31,570 bases of DNA from Promethearchaeota archaeon. Its GTDB lineage: Archaea; Asgardarchaeota; Lokiarchaeia; Sigyniarchaeales; SOKP01. Shown here one piece after another: positions 8,501 to 18,572 of the stretch; position 1 is the stretch's first letter; each line of letters opens with the position of its first letter. The notes below the pieces were generated by a model. The model was not told the origin of the DNA, did not search any database, and saw only the letters and a program-made list of their open reading frames with translations. The stretch lies in NCBI GenBank assembly GCA_011364975.1, contig RDOE01000040.1:1-31570 (forward strand), read 5' to 3'. The position numbers were made by a program, and so were the translations under genes.

Positions 8501-8647
8501 GAGCACAAAAAATTAAGTGAACAAATTGATATATATTATATCTTATTGAAGAAAAAATCAGTGGCTTGATTTCATTTAATTAATTGGAAGTGTAATTATA
8601 TTTCTAACCATTTTGCAGTAAATTTAAAGCGTACTTATTCTAAGGTT

Positions 8648-8980
8648 TTAAAATTTTAGAAATGAACTAAATTCTCGTCCTTGAGCTTTAATTATACATT
8701 CTTTACCTTTAGGATTTATTTTTAAAACCGCTTGATCAATTACTTCAAGTGGAATCCCTTCTTTTTGCAAAACTTTATGAAACCACTCAATAATGGATTT
8801 ATAATAACGTTCTACATCATCTCCTCCTAAATCCGGGGAAAAAGTACCTGTTTTTAAATCAATTATTATTTCAAATTCAGGTGTATGATAAAAAAATGGA
8901 TCCACCATGTATCCTTGGGAATCTCCAGATGATTCTCTTATTGTTTGATTCACTATTGATTTCAATCTGTTTAATTTCAT
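8648..8980 (-). CDS. Hypothetical protein (about 110 aa)
   Basis: Globular-looking ORF filling the gap. ATG at 8980 is preceded by GTGGT; alternative start at 9004. Confidence 0.7.
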   Translation of the reverse strand: MKLNRLKSIVNQTIRESSGDSQGYMVDPFFYHTPEFEIIIDLKTGTFSPDLGGDDVERYYKSIIEWFHKVLQKEGIPLEVIDQAVLKINPKGKECIIKAQGREFSSFLKF

Positions 8981-9084
8981 TTTTACCACTAAAATACATT
9001 TCATTAAGAGATAATTATTTATAAACTATCAATAAATATCAAACATAAAAAAAATATTAGTAGGAAAAAAAAATATTAATTTAA

Positions 9085-12000
9085 TTAATAGTTCTGTTTC
9101 TTAAATTGTTCTTTTTTACGTTTGTAAAAAACAATAGAAATTACTATGAATTCCACACTGATCATAAAAAATACAATCCCTGGTTCTAAACCTATTACTT
9201 CTTCAATTTCCCCTGTATAACGAATTCCAGCACTGAAAAGTGGTGATACTTCAGGTATTATTTGGCTGTCTCTAAGTTGAATGAAAACAAATTTCACACC
9301 TTCGCCTGTTGAGAGTAACATTTGAAATTCTGGGATAAAAGAAATCCAAGAGGCGCTAATTAAGTCTTTTATATCTTCCGCATAACGCATATGCGTAGGT
9401 GTAAAAGCATTGATGGAACTTTCGTCATTTCTTGAGATACTAATACTAATGTTTACTAAATTTGTTTTTGTAGTCTTACTGCCATTATTAATCTTTACAC
9501 TAGCTTCTGCAGAAAGTACATTTTCTTTTGGAATTGCTTTATAAGCTCTCGTAAACCCTGTTTCATTAAAGAGTGCGGTATCTGCTAAAAAGCGATAATA
9601 ATAGGTTTGATAGTTCGTTACGCTTGTATCGTTATAGGTTTCAATGTATTTCGAACCGTAAATTATCGAATATCCAAAGACAGGATTCATAGAACGATAT
9701 ATGTAAAGGTTATTATAATTGACTGTAGACGCATTCGGCATCATCATATAAACAAATTTATTGCCAGGATACACTTGAACACTAGGAAATTTCTGCATTG
9801 AGTCATCTGATGGATCCAATGGATTCAATCCGAAATAGACCTCTGAATTATCCCCTTGACCTCCATAATCAGTATCCGAATTGAGTGGATCAGTTCCATG
9901 GAAAAACTCATTAATATTGGTAAGCCAATCTTGATCAGGATCTCCACTTGCGCCATGTTCTCCTATAGCTGATAGATGGTTTAATCCATAGTATTTTTCC
10001 CAATTATCAGTAAGTCCATCCCCATCAGTGTCTATTATCTGCTGCCTTTGACCTTGCAGGTAAAATGCACCAGTTTTAATTCTCATAAAGGATCTTCCCT
10101 TATTATCGGTTCCTGTAGAATTAATCAAAAACTGATAAGAACCCTCTTCAGAAGTAGCAGTATATAAGTTTCCATAAATGCCATCATTTGGTAGTGAATC
10201 TCCATGATTTCCATCGTCATATAAGGGAATTTGAAATAGCGTATTATGACTCTTGTAGCCCGGAGGAGTGACGGTCATATGAACCTCTGCATTTCTAATC
10301 TCTTTAGTATCGGTTAAACTAATAAGGATAGGGATTTGAGAGCCTTTTTTCTCGGTATTTCCCCACCCAGGTGAGATAATACCATTTGGGGGCGTAAGTA
10401 AAGTCATTGTAAGATACGTATGGGCAGCACCCTCAACAAAGTATAATAATTCGCTACTAGAAGCACTCGTCGTGATAGTAATTGTCCATTCACCCGTTTG
10501 AGGATAATCCTTTTGATAAATCCTATGTCCCATGCCAGAAACGTCATTTGTATATGTAAAGCTTACAGGATTATTACTTGGGTCTCGCAATTGAATGGAA
10601 GTAGGTGGTTGAGATGCATTATAATGAACCACAAATTCTATTCTGTCCATATCATCTGTAACTTTTAGTTTAAATTGTTTAGCAGTTCCGGGATTAACTT
10701 CTCCACGTTCATAATAAAATCTTTCCATATGGCGCACTTTTTCAAAAATCGCACGGTATAATTCTGCTAAATCATTTGGGATGTCCCCACTAGATGGATC
10801 AAAACAATGGAAGTAAGTTCCTCCAGTATCTGCCGCGAGTTCCTGCATTTGTTCATAAGCAGCATCTGCCCCGATTGTAATAACATGAATGACTGTTCCA
10901 TTTCCCAAAATATGTGGTAAGACCTCGTAAATCATTGGAGCTGTATTTTCCATCCCATCACTTAACAATACAATATGATCGGGGTAATCAGAAATCCCTT
11001 TTAAATACAATTCATTTTGAGATTTAAATAAACTATCCCCAATAGAAGTTGAACCCCCAGCAGATATGGATTCAATTTGAGATATCGCATTACTTCGATT
11101 ACCGGGTGTAAGTTTCGCGAGTCCATGAAGGAGAGTCGCTATGGATTCAAATTGAATAACTCCTAATTGATCCTCACTTAAAAAGCTATTTACGAATAAT
11201 TTACCTGCAGATTTAGCGGCAAGAATCTTATTTGAAGATATCATACTGCCAGATCTATCTATATTTACCATGATATCATAATATGAGGCACCATAATTTA
11301 CACAGGCTGGTTCCATATCTGTATCCACCACGTTAATATCAGCATCCACTAAATCAACATCAAGCTTATAAAACCCATTTGCAGTTTGATTTGGGGCTTG
11401 AATTTGTAAGAAATATTTACCATATACATCCACGGCTGTAAGTACGTCGGCATCTATTCCACCTACTCGAGATATAAAATTTTCCGTGAAAAATCCATGC
11501 ACTGGAAGATCTTGGCGATAGTAAATATTTACAATAGCTATAAATTTTTCCGGAGCATTATGAGGACCAACTCTCGCTTGAGCAGGCTCAGGAAGATTCT
11601 TTGGGTATTCAATGTTGATAAAAGGAGTTCCCGCTTCGATTTCATACTCGTACATTGCAGGATTAGCCACAACATTTTCAAGACCAGCAACTATTATACA
11701 TATCTTATCATAATTATTGTTTATTATTGCTCTTCTAAAATCCTTAGATTCTACAGTGTAGGAATATTCTACATCATTTCCATTTGAACATATTAACGCA
11801 TAAAAAAGCTTATTCGTAGTTGACTGGTTAAATTGAATCGAGATTACTTCAACGCCGGGATCGATGTTGACTTCATAGTACTTATTTGCCCAACTGGTTA
11901 CATTTTCATCTAGATCGGTCAATGATCCTCCTGGTAATAAGGTTGGTATCGGATCTATTTCTTTTGAAATAGTACCATAATTCCCAGAGCCATCGATTTC

Positions 12001-12954
12001 ATCATCGTCAATAAATGTCCATTCAGAAGGAACTGAAGCTGCATTAAAGTCTTTTGTATATATGGCGATGGAAAAATCTTCAAAAATATCTTCAAATGAA
12101 GTTCCGGGACTTATATAATCTAAAGCATTATTCAACATTGTAACTCCATCTCCACCGCTAGGATTTGCATCACTACTCCAATATGTAGTGATAGCATCAA
12201 CACCATAATCGGGATCAGTAGTATCTGTACCGAATTGCTCACAATAATACTGCCAAAATAAGCATGACGAATAACTAATCGTTGTCAGATCAGATTTATG
12301 ATTTTCCGATAAATATCCTTGAGATTGCCTAACAAAGCTACTTCCTGCCTCAGTTCCATCAGCATGATCAAGCCAATCGGAAAGCTTATCTTGAATCATA
12401 CGAGCTTGACCTTCCCTTACCCATTTACTAGCAGGTGTACCTGTGTGAGCATATTGGCATATATGAAATAGTTCGTGCCCCGCTACCTTTAAGGGTTCAT
12501 GATCCGCAGGAAATCCTTGAGTAATATAGTCAGGATAAACTCCTGTTTTAAAATTACTTTCTCGATCAGGACAACAAGCCCAACCATTATATTCACCAAC
12601 CGTATTTTCTACTGTCACTTCGATGGGAGGCTCATCTGCATCTAACATTGGATCTGGAAAATTCCAAGATCCAACTAAAATACTATATGCGTCCTCTAAT
12701 ACTTCAGCATAATCTTCGACTTCAGCTTGAGTCACGAAATTTGTATCCCAAGTATCCACCCGAAAATTACCTAAACTTGAATCAACAGTAGGCCCTGGAG
12801 CATTTGTAGATAATCCTTTAAAATTATTAGTTTCAGCTTGGATGTTTAAGTTTAGACTGTTAATCAAGAGTATTACAATAAAGCTAATTAAAACAATGGA
12901 TCTTAAATTTTTAATTAAGATTGAAATAGATACATTTTGAATTCTATATACCAT
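9085..12954 (-). CDS. Large surface protein: HExxH zinc metallopeptidase + VWA + CLCA/choice-of-anchor-X-like beta domain + TSP3-like Ca repeats + FN3-like domain + TM anchor
   Basis: Signal peptide. GHELFHICQ..WVREGQA. MIDAS residues DRSGS/TSIG/LLSDG. LYDDGNHGDSLPNDGIYG. DTDGDGLTDNWE, DPDQDWLTN, DTDYGGQGDNSE. YNDTSVTNYQTYYYR. C-terminal TM followed by KRKK. Confidence 0.88.
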   Translation of the reverse strand: MVYRIQNVSISILIKNLRSIVLISFIVILLINSLNLNIQAETNNFKGLSTNAPGPTVDSSLGNFRVDTWDTNFVTQAEVEDYAEVLEDAYSILVGSWNFPDPMLDADEPPIEVTVENTVGEYNGWACCPDRESNFKTGVYPDYITQGFPADHEPLKVAGHELFHICQYAHTGTPASKWVREGQARMIQDKLSDWLDHADGTEAGSSFVRQSQGYLSENHKSDLTTISYSSCLFWQYYCEQFGTDTTDPDYGVDAITTYWSSDANPSGGDGVTMLNNALDYISPGTSFEDIFEDFSIAIYTKDFNAASVPSEWTFIDDDEIDGSGNYGTISKEIDPIPTLLPGGSLTDLDENVTSWANKYYEVNIDPGVEVISIQFNQSTTNKLFYALICSNGNDVEYSYTVESKDFRRAIINNNYDKICIIVAGLENVVANPAMYEYEIEAGTPFINIEYPKNLPEPAQARVGPHNAPEKFIAIVNIYYRQDLPVHGFFTENFISRVGGIDADVLTAVDVYGKYFLQIQAPNQTANGFYKLDVDLVDADINVVDTDMEPACVNYGASYYDIMVNIDRSGSMISSNKILAAKSAGKLFVNSFLSEDQLGVIQFESIATLLHGLAKLTPGNRSNAISQIESISAGGSTSIGDSLFKSQNELYLKGISDYPDHIVLLSDGMENTAPMIYEVLPHILGNGTVIHVITIGADAAYEQMQELAADTGGTYFHCFDPSSGDIPNDLAELYRAIFEKVRHMERFYYERGEVNPGTAKQFKLKVTDDMDRIEFVVHYNASQPPTSIQLRDPSNNPVSFTYTNDVSGMGHRIYQKDYPQTGEWTITITTSASSSELLYFVEGAAHTYLTMTLLTPPNGIISPGWGNTEKKGSQIPILISLTDTKEIRNAEVHMTVTPPGYKSHNTLFQIPLYDDGNHGDSLPNDGIYGNLYTATSEEGSYQFLINSTGTDNKGRSFMRIKTGAFYLQGQRQQIIDTDGDGLTDNWEKYYGLNHLSAIGEHGASGDPDQDWLTNINEFFHGTDPLNSDTDYGGQGDNSEVYFGLNPLDPSDDSMQKFPSVQVYPGNKFVYMMMPNASTVNYNNLYIYRSMNPVFGYSIIYGSKYIETYNDTSVTNYQTYYYRFLADTALFNETGFTRAYKAIPKENVLSAEASVKINNGSKTTKTNLVNISISISRNDESSINAFTPTHMRYAEDIKDLISASWISFIPEFQMLLSTGEGVKFVFIQLRDSQIIPEVSPLFSAGIRYTGEIEEVIGLEPGIVFFMISVEFIVISIVFYKRKKEQFKKQNY

Positions 12955-13127
12955 TTTCCCTCACAAAAAATTTGGTATAAATCTTGATTTATTTACTGAG
13001 AATATAAATTTTTGGTTAGATCATTTATTGAGCAGGTATCAAATCGAAATTTCAAATTCTTGGTTTTTAGTAAAGACAAGTTATATCGATTTTATTTACT
13101 AAAAAATATTATTTTAATTAGAAAATA

Positions 13128-13970
13128 ATGATTGATTATATTCTTAGAACGGCTGAATTAAATGAAATAGAAGATTTATTAAAAATTGTATTCCAAGCAT
13201 TTAACCGACCAATCCCTACAGATATAAAGGATCAAGAAAAGTTGCTAATTGACTTAATTAGGAATGAGATGGCTCATTTTGTTATACTTCAGCTTGATAA
13301 TAGAATTTGTGGATTAGGAGGAGCATTCTTTTTTGGAAAAGTTTGTAGTTTTGGTTATATGGCTGTATTAAAGGAATATCGCAATAGGGGAATTGGAACT
13401 AAGATATTTAGCAGTTTGATGGAATATGCTAAACATAAAAATTGTGAAACATTTACGTTATACGCCTCAAAATTAGGTGAACCAATATACAAGAAGTTTG
13501 GTTTCAAAGCTCGATTTTATGAAACTATGTATAATTTACCTAAAGAGTTGAATATGGATGCTTTAACTCCAAAAAAAATTCGAATGGGTGATAAATTGCC
13601 TAAATGGGCCATTAATCTTGATATAAAGGCTGTTGGATTTGATCGTTCTAAATATTTGAACATTATAATAAAACATGGTTCTACTCTTTTATTAATCGAA
13701 GATGAAGGTTATGCTTTGATTTCAGGAGCAAGGATTGGTCCCTTAATTGCTAAAAATCTAGAAACTGCCCGAATTCTTATTAGAGAAAGTGTCTTATATG
13801 ATGCTGATCATATTATTATCCCAAAGCATTCAAAATTACCAATTGAATTGTTTAACGTTATTGAATTAACTGTAAAAGCAGAGAATAAGAATCGAATGAT
13901 GATCAAAGGTAAAGAGCTTCAGAGAAATTTGGAATACTTTTATGCTTTAGGTACATATGCCATGGGTTAA
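13128..13970 (+). CDS. GNAT-family N-acetyltransferase with a second C-terminal GNAT-like domain
   Basis: MAVLKEYRNRGIG, LYASKLGEPIYKKFGF, and C-terminal DxxAVGFDR..IGPLIA. Confidence 0.9.
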   Translation: MIDYILRTAELNEIEDLLKIVFQAFNRPIPTDIKDQEKLLIDLIRNEMAHFVILQLDNRICGLGGAFFFGKVCSFGYMAVLKEYRNRGIGTKIFSSLMEYAKHKNCETFTLYASKLGEPIYKKFGFKARFYETMYNLPKELNMDALTPKKIRMGDKLPKWAINLDIKAVGFDRSKYLNIIIKHGSTLLLIEDEGYALISGARIGPLIAKNLETARILIRESVLYDADHIIIPKHSKLPIELFNVIELTVKAENKNRMMIKGKELQRNLEYFYALGTYAMG

Positions 13971-14193
13971 TATAATATGAAGAAGCTTATAAGAAATATA
14001 ATTATATGACTTAAAATATAAAATAGAGTGAGAATGTTAATGGTGTTTTCTTTATAACTATTCTTGAACTTTTTATTTTGAATTATAAAAAATAAAAACA
14101 ATAATTTTATGGAAGTATCCTCAATTAAAACAAAAGGATTCATTAAATATCAAATAAATTTATTCGCAACAAATTTAAAGAGACAAAAAAAAT

Positions 14194-16182
14194 ATGATTT
14201 CGGACGTTATTGTTGAAGATAAAGAACGAGCGTTTCTATTTTGTAATGAGGCAATTGTGCGCGGAGCTCTTGAGTCCGACGTAAAAGTTGTCGCTTTTTA
14301 TCCAGGATCACCCGTTTCTGAAATATTAGACACATTTTTTCAAATTTCTGAAAAATTTGGAATAAAAATGGAGATCGCTACCAACGAGAAGGTTGCTTTA
14401 GAGATTGTAGCAGGCGCATCAATGGGTGGTCAAAGATCACTTACTGCGATGAAGAGTGTAGGATTAAATGTTGCTTCAGATACTTTTTTTAGTTTAGGAT
14501 ATACCGGTATTAACAAAGGTTGTGTTTTAGTTTTTGCAGATGATCCCTTTTGTCATTCATCTCAGAGTGAAGAAGACGGTCGGTTTTTTGCTGAAAATTC
14601 GTATATTCCTATGTTAGAACCAACTGATCCCGTTGAAGCGAAAGCAATGGTTAAGAAAGCTTTTGATCTTTCTGAAGAATACCATACTCTAATTCTAATC
14701 AGAACAACAACTCGAATCAACCATCAATCAACTATAGTGCCTTTAGAACCATTGAATCGTTCTGATTTTAAACCCCAAAGTTTTCGATCATTTAATAAAA
14801 AATATTCTACTGTCGGCGTGAGAGCTCGAGAATTAAAACTTGAAATGCTTAAAAGAAGAGAAAAGATACGAGATGAATTTGAAAATTCTGAATTTAATAA
14901 CGTGATTGAAGGTACATCAAAAATAGGGATAATAACTTCAGGAGTTTCTTACAATTATGTATTAGAAGTCAAGAATAAACTAAAAATAAACCCTCCAATC
15001 TTAAAGCTTGGAACTACATATCCTTTACCCGAAAAGTTAGTTCAAAATTTTATAAAGGAATTAAAAGCAGTCATTATTATTGAGGAATTATCACCTTATC
15101 TTGAACGAAATGTGAAAACTTTTGCCAAAGATGTCAACCCAGAATTAAAGATATATGGTAAACAATCAGACCACTTTAGTGAAGCTTTTGAATATAATGT
15201 TCCAATTGTATATAACGCCTTAAGAGATATTTTTCAGATTGAAAGGGGTAAAGATTATAATGCAATTCTAAAAAATGCAAACCAACTAAAATCCATATTA
15301 CCCACAAGAATTCCTGTGTTTTGTCCAGGGTGTCCTCATCGAGCCACGTTTTGGGCGTTTCAAAACGCTATTGGGGGAAAATCAAGTAACATCGCATTTA
15401 TCAACGATATTGGTTGTTATTCTATGCTTTTACTTAATAAAGAAATCTATTCAAAATTACATCCAGATGATTTATTACTTGCAATGGGTGCTACTTTAGG
15501 AACTGGTAGTGGAATATCATTAGCTTCTGAGGAAAAAGTAATCTCTATAATAGGTGATAGTACTTTTTTTCACGCAGGGCTCCCAGGGATAGTAAATATA
15601 TGTAATAACGATGAGAATATACTGGTTATAATACTTGATAATTCAGTTACAGCTATGACTGGTCAGCAACCAAATCCAGGAACAGGATACGGGCCAGGAA
15701 ACGCTCCCAAAAACAAAATAAAAATTGAAGAAGTATTAAATGGAATAGGGTTTAATAATATTTTCATAAATGATTGTTTTGATGCCAAAAATGCTATTAC
15801 CTCATTTAAAAAGGCAATAAGCCAATCAGGTCCGACTGTTATCATATCACGCGGACCATGTGCTCTTTGGAACGATAGAAATAAACGCAAAAGAGGAGAA
15901 AAGATACAACCTTACTTTGTAGATCAGCAAATTTGTCGAAAATGCCATACTTGTATGCGAGATTTCTATTGTCCGGCAATTAGTATGGAAGACAAGGAAA
16001 CAGAATACGTTGATGAGAATGGAAAAGAATGGAGAGGGTTTTCTTCTCATATTTCTTCAGAATTATGTGATGGTTGCGGAGTTTGCTCAATCCTATGTCC
16101 ATACACAAATCATGAAGCGCGCTCAGAAAGGGACGTCATTAGAATTTTAAATAAGCCACGGGAGGTGCGTCATGACTTATAA
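14194..16182 (+). CDS. iorA: Indolepyruvate:ferredoxin oxidoreductase alpha subunit
   Basis: NEAIVRGA, YPGSP, NEKVALE, FCPGCPH, DIGCY, TPP motif GDSTFFH..DNSVTAMTG, and a C-terminal 2x[4Fe-4S] domain (CRKCHTC..CP; CDGCGVCSILCP). Confidence 0.95.
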   Translation: MISDVIVEDKERAFLFCNEAIVRGALESDVKVVAFYPGSPVSEILDTFFQISEKFGIKMEIATNEKVALEIVAGASMGGQRSLTAMKSVGLNVASDTFFSLGYTGINKGCVLVFADDPFCHSSQSEEDGRFFAENSYIPMLEPTDPVEAKAMVKKAFDLSEEYHTLILIRTTTRINHQSTIVPLEPLNRSDFKPQSFRSFNKKYSTVGVRARELKLEMLKRREKIRDEFENSEFNNVIEGTSKIGIITSGVSYNYVLEVKNKLKINPPILKLGTTYPLPEKLVQNFIKELKAVIIIEELSPYLERNVKTFAKDVNPELKIYGKQSDHFSEAFEYNVPIVYNALRDIFQIERGKDYNAILKNANQLKSILPTRIPVFCPGCPHRATFWAFQNAIGGKSSNIAFINDIGCYSMLLLNKEIYSKLHPDDLLLAMGATLGTGSGISLASEEKVISIIGDSTFFHAGLPGIVNICNNDENILVIILDNSVTAMTGQQPNPGTGYGPGNAPKNKIKIEEVLNGIGFNNIFINDCFDAKNAITSFKKAISQSGPTVIISRGPCALWNDRNKRKRGEKIQPYFVDQQICRKCHTCMRDFYCPAISMEDKETEYVDENGKEWRGFSSHISSELCDGCGVCSILCPYTNHEARSERDVIRILNKPREVRHDL

Positions 16183-16774
16183 TATAATGACATGCGGAGT
16201 GGGAGGTCAAGGATTGATGCTTCTTTCCAATATTATAGGATTAGCTTGCGCTGAAAATAACCTAAACATAAGAACTGCAGAAACACATGGCTTAGCACAA
16301 CGTTCTGGCTCTATCTATACTCACATTCGCATAGGAGATGATGCATTTTCACCACTCATACCCTACGGTGAAGCAGATGCTCTATTAGGTATGGAAGCTA
16401 TTGAAACACTTAGATATATAGAATTTTTAAAACCAAATGGGATTATAATACTTAATAATTATATTTGGCATCCAGTTCAAAGCACCTATGAGAGAGTAAA
16501 AAACCCTCAGGGTAAATATTTAAATATCGAATCAATTATTAATAAATTAAACAAATATAGCAACCATTTATTTCTTATAAATGCACTGGATATTGCGATT
16601 GAGGCAGGAAATTCATTAACTACTAATGTTGTATTATTAGGAGCTCTTATACATACTAAAGACTTTCCTTTATCATTTAATCAGCTCGAAGAGACTTTGC
16701 CTCGAGTAGTCCCAAAAAGTGCACTAGACGTAAATAAAAAAGCACTTTTTTTGGGTTATAAATCAATTGAATAA
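16172..16774 (+). CDS. iorB: Indolepyruvate:ferredoxin oxidoreductase beta subunit
   Basis: GVGGQG, ETHGLAQRSGS, SPLIPYGEAD, NVVLLGAL. GGAGGTG RBS; overlaps the iorA end. Confidence 0.95.
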   Translation: MTYNIMTCGVGGQGLMLLSNIIGLACAENNLNIRTAETHGLAQRSGSIYTHIRIGDDAFSPLIPYGEADALLGMEAIETLRYIEFLKPNGIIILNNYIWHPVQSTYERVKNPQGKYLNIESIINKLNKYSNHLFLINALDIAIEAGNSLTTNVVLLGALIHTKDFPLSFNQLEETLPRVVPKSALDVNKKALFLGYKSIE

Positions 16775-16839
16775 AGAAGATTCAATTCTTACTTTATTTT
16801 TCAAAGATTTTTTTTAATTTCTAATATAACTTTATCTGT

Positions 16840-17667
16840 ATGACTATAAAAAAAACTGAAAGAGATGTTGTGGATTATACAGACTCTCCAATCACAATTG
16901 GGGGTTTAAAGCATGATTTTGAACAACTAAAAATTACTTCCGGTTCAGTGATAATAATGCATAGTTCGTTGAGTAAAATTGGTTGGGTGGTTGGAGGGGC
17001 TATAGCAGTGATTAAAGCCATGGTCGACATATTAACACCTGAGGGTACCTTAATTATGCCAACATTTAGTGGAGATAATTCTGAACCCTCTTACTGGCAA
17101 AATCCGCCGGTACCCCAAAAATGGTGGGAAATTGTTAGAAAAAATATGCCTGCTTACCACCCGGATATAACACCAACTCGTGGTTTAGGTATAATTCCGG
17201 AAGTATTCCGAAAATGGCCTAAGGTTATCCGAAGTGGGCATCCCAGTTTATCTTTTTCCGCATGGGGGAAATATGCTAAATATATCACTAAAAACCATGA
17301 TGTAGGTGTAGATTTAGGAGAAGATTCTCCGCTTTCCCGGATTTATTCTTTAAATGGTAAAATATTATTAATAGGCGTGACTCATGAAAATAATACATCT
17401 TTACATCTAGCTGAATATCGAAGTGATTTTCCAAATAAAGAATATCGTTTGGCAGGAGCAGCTATTCAGGGAAAACAAGGAAGAAAGTGGATTGAATGGG
17501 AAGAATTAAACATAAAAAGTGATGATTTTGAAAAATTAGGCACCGATTTTGAGGAAAAGTATAATATTCAAATGGGTAAAGTTGGTTTGGCTGATACAAG
17601 AGTTATACTCCAAAGAGAAATTGTTGATTTTGCGGAAGAGTGGTTAAAGAAAAACCGAGGTAATTAA
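16840..17667 (+). CDS. AAC(3)/YokD-family N-acyltransferase
   Basis: HSSLSKIGWVVGG, GTLIMPTF, RSGHPSLSFSAWG, GEDSPL, NTSLHLAE. Confidence 0.93.
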   Translation: MTIKKTERDVVDYTDSPITIGGLKHDFEQLKITSGSVIIMHSSLSKIGWVVGGAIAVIKAMVDILTPEGTLIMPTFSGDNSEPSYWQNPPVPQKWWEIVRKNMPAYHPDITPTRGLGIIPEVFRKWPKVIRSGHPSLSFSAWGKYAKYITKNHDVGVDLGEDSPLSRIYSLNGKILLIGVTHENNTSLHLAEYRSDFPNKEYRLAGAAIQGKQGRKWIEWEELNIKSDDFEKLGTDFEEKYNIQMGKVGLADTRVILQREIVDFAEEWLKKNRGN

Positions 17668-17694
17668 TTTAGCTTTCATTCAAGTATCCTTTAA

Positions 17695-18264
17695 TTATTC
17701 TAACTCCTTAAATTTAAGAGCAATATCTTTCCAATTATAAACTCTTATCACATTATTTTCACATATGGAATGCTGATTCCATGGTTGATCATATAGTAAG
17801 AGAGTTCTTCCTTTTAGATTTTTTATGGATTCTGCTAAATTAGGATTATCATCAATATAGATATCAAAATTTTCTCTTAATTTAATATCAGAAGGATAAT
17901 GATGTAATAATATAACCTCCTTATAATGAACCTTATGCAGAATATTATGATCTCTTAGTTTCTTCACAATTTCGTTTTGATATTCTGGTAATCTAGCTGA
18001 AACAATTGACACTTCATGACTTTTGTTTAACTTTTTTAAAATATCAGGAGCATCGCTATCAATAAAAGGAACATTACTTGAATTGGCATAAATCTCAAAA
18101 AAGATTCTAAACGCGGTTTCCTCATCTATGTTCCATTCTTTAAAAAAATCCCAGGATGTCACATCTTTTTTCTGATAATGCGTCCCATAGCGTTTATTGA
18201 AAATTTTGCAATATTCAATTATGATATCAAGTAGAACTCCATCTATATCTACAGCAACTTTCAT
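17695..18264 (-). CDS. HAD-superfamily 5'(3')-deoxyribonucleotidase (NT5C-like)
   Basis: VDIDGVL motif I, VSAR motif II, YIDDNP motif IV, and DQPWN. Confidence 0.85.
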   Translation of the reverse strand: MKVAVDIDGVLLDIIIEYCKIFNKRYGTHYQKKDVTSWDFFKEWNIDEETAFRIFFEIYANSSNVPFIDSDAPDILKKLNKSHEVSIVSARLPEYQNEIVKKLRDHNILHKVHYKEVILLHHYPSDIKLRENFDIYIDDNPNLAESIKNLKGRTLLLYDQPWNQHSICENNVIRVYNWKDIALKFKELE

Positions 18265-18481
18265 AGTGAGTAAAGGTCAATTAAATTAATTATATTTTCC
18301 AATAAAATGTTAATAAATTATTTCATTAAAACTGATTGAAATTTGTTTTATGTTAGTTGACTGAAATATTAAATAATTATTATATTGTTCAATAATATTT
18401 TAGAAACATCATTTTTGTTCAGGAATATTGTATAAACTGAAACTAAAATAATAATTAAGTGAAAAAAAGTGAAAAAAAATA

Positions 18482-18572
18482 CAATAAGATTTATAAAGCT
18501 ACAATTCTATTTATTTAGTAATAAAGTTCCCATTATTTTCCCATTCTAAAAAAATGAAGGTGATGTAAGGAA
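18482..18572 (+). promoter_or_regulatory. Orphan + strand BRE/TATA promoter followed by a hairpin (candidate sRNA)
   Basis: CAATAAGA followed by TTTATAAA (18490-18497). CATTATTTTC (18531-18540) pairs with GAAGGTGATG (18556-18565). No + strand ORF downstream. Confidence 0.3.

Noticed and set aside
5449-11787. Plus-strand ORFs 5449-5667, 7164-7475, 9607-9801 and 11497-11787
   Set aside because: Fully antisense to well-supported genes and without motifs.
15663-16050. Minus-strand ORFs inside iorA
   Set aside because: Antisense shadows.
16840-17667. AAC(3) homolog as an acquired aminoglycoside-resistance gene
   Set aside because: YokD-like chromosomal homologs are widespread. There is no mobile context and the substrate cannot be inferred.
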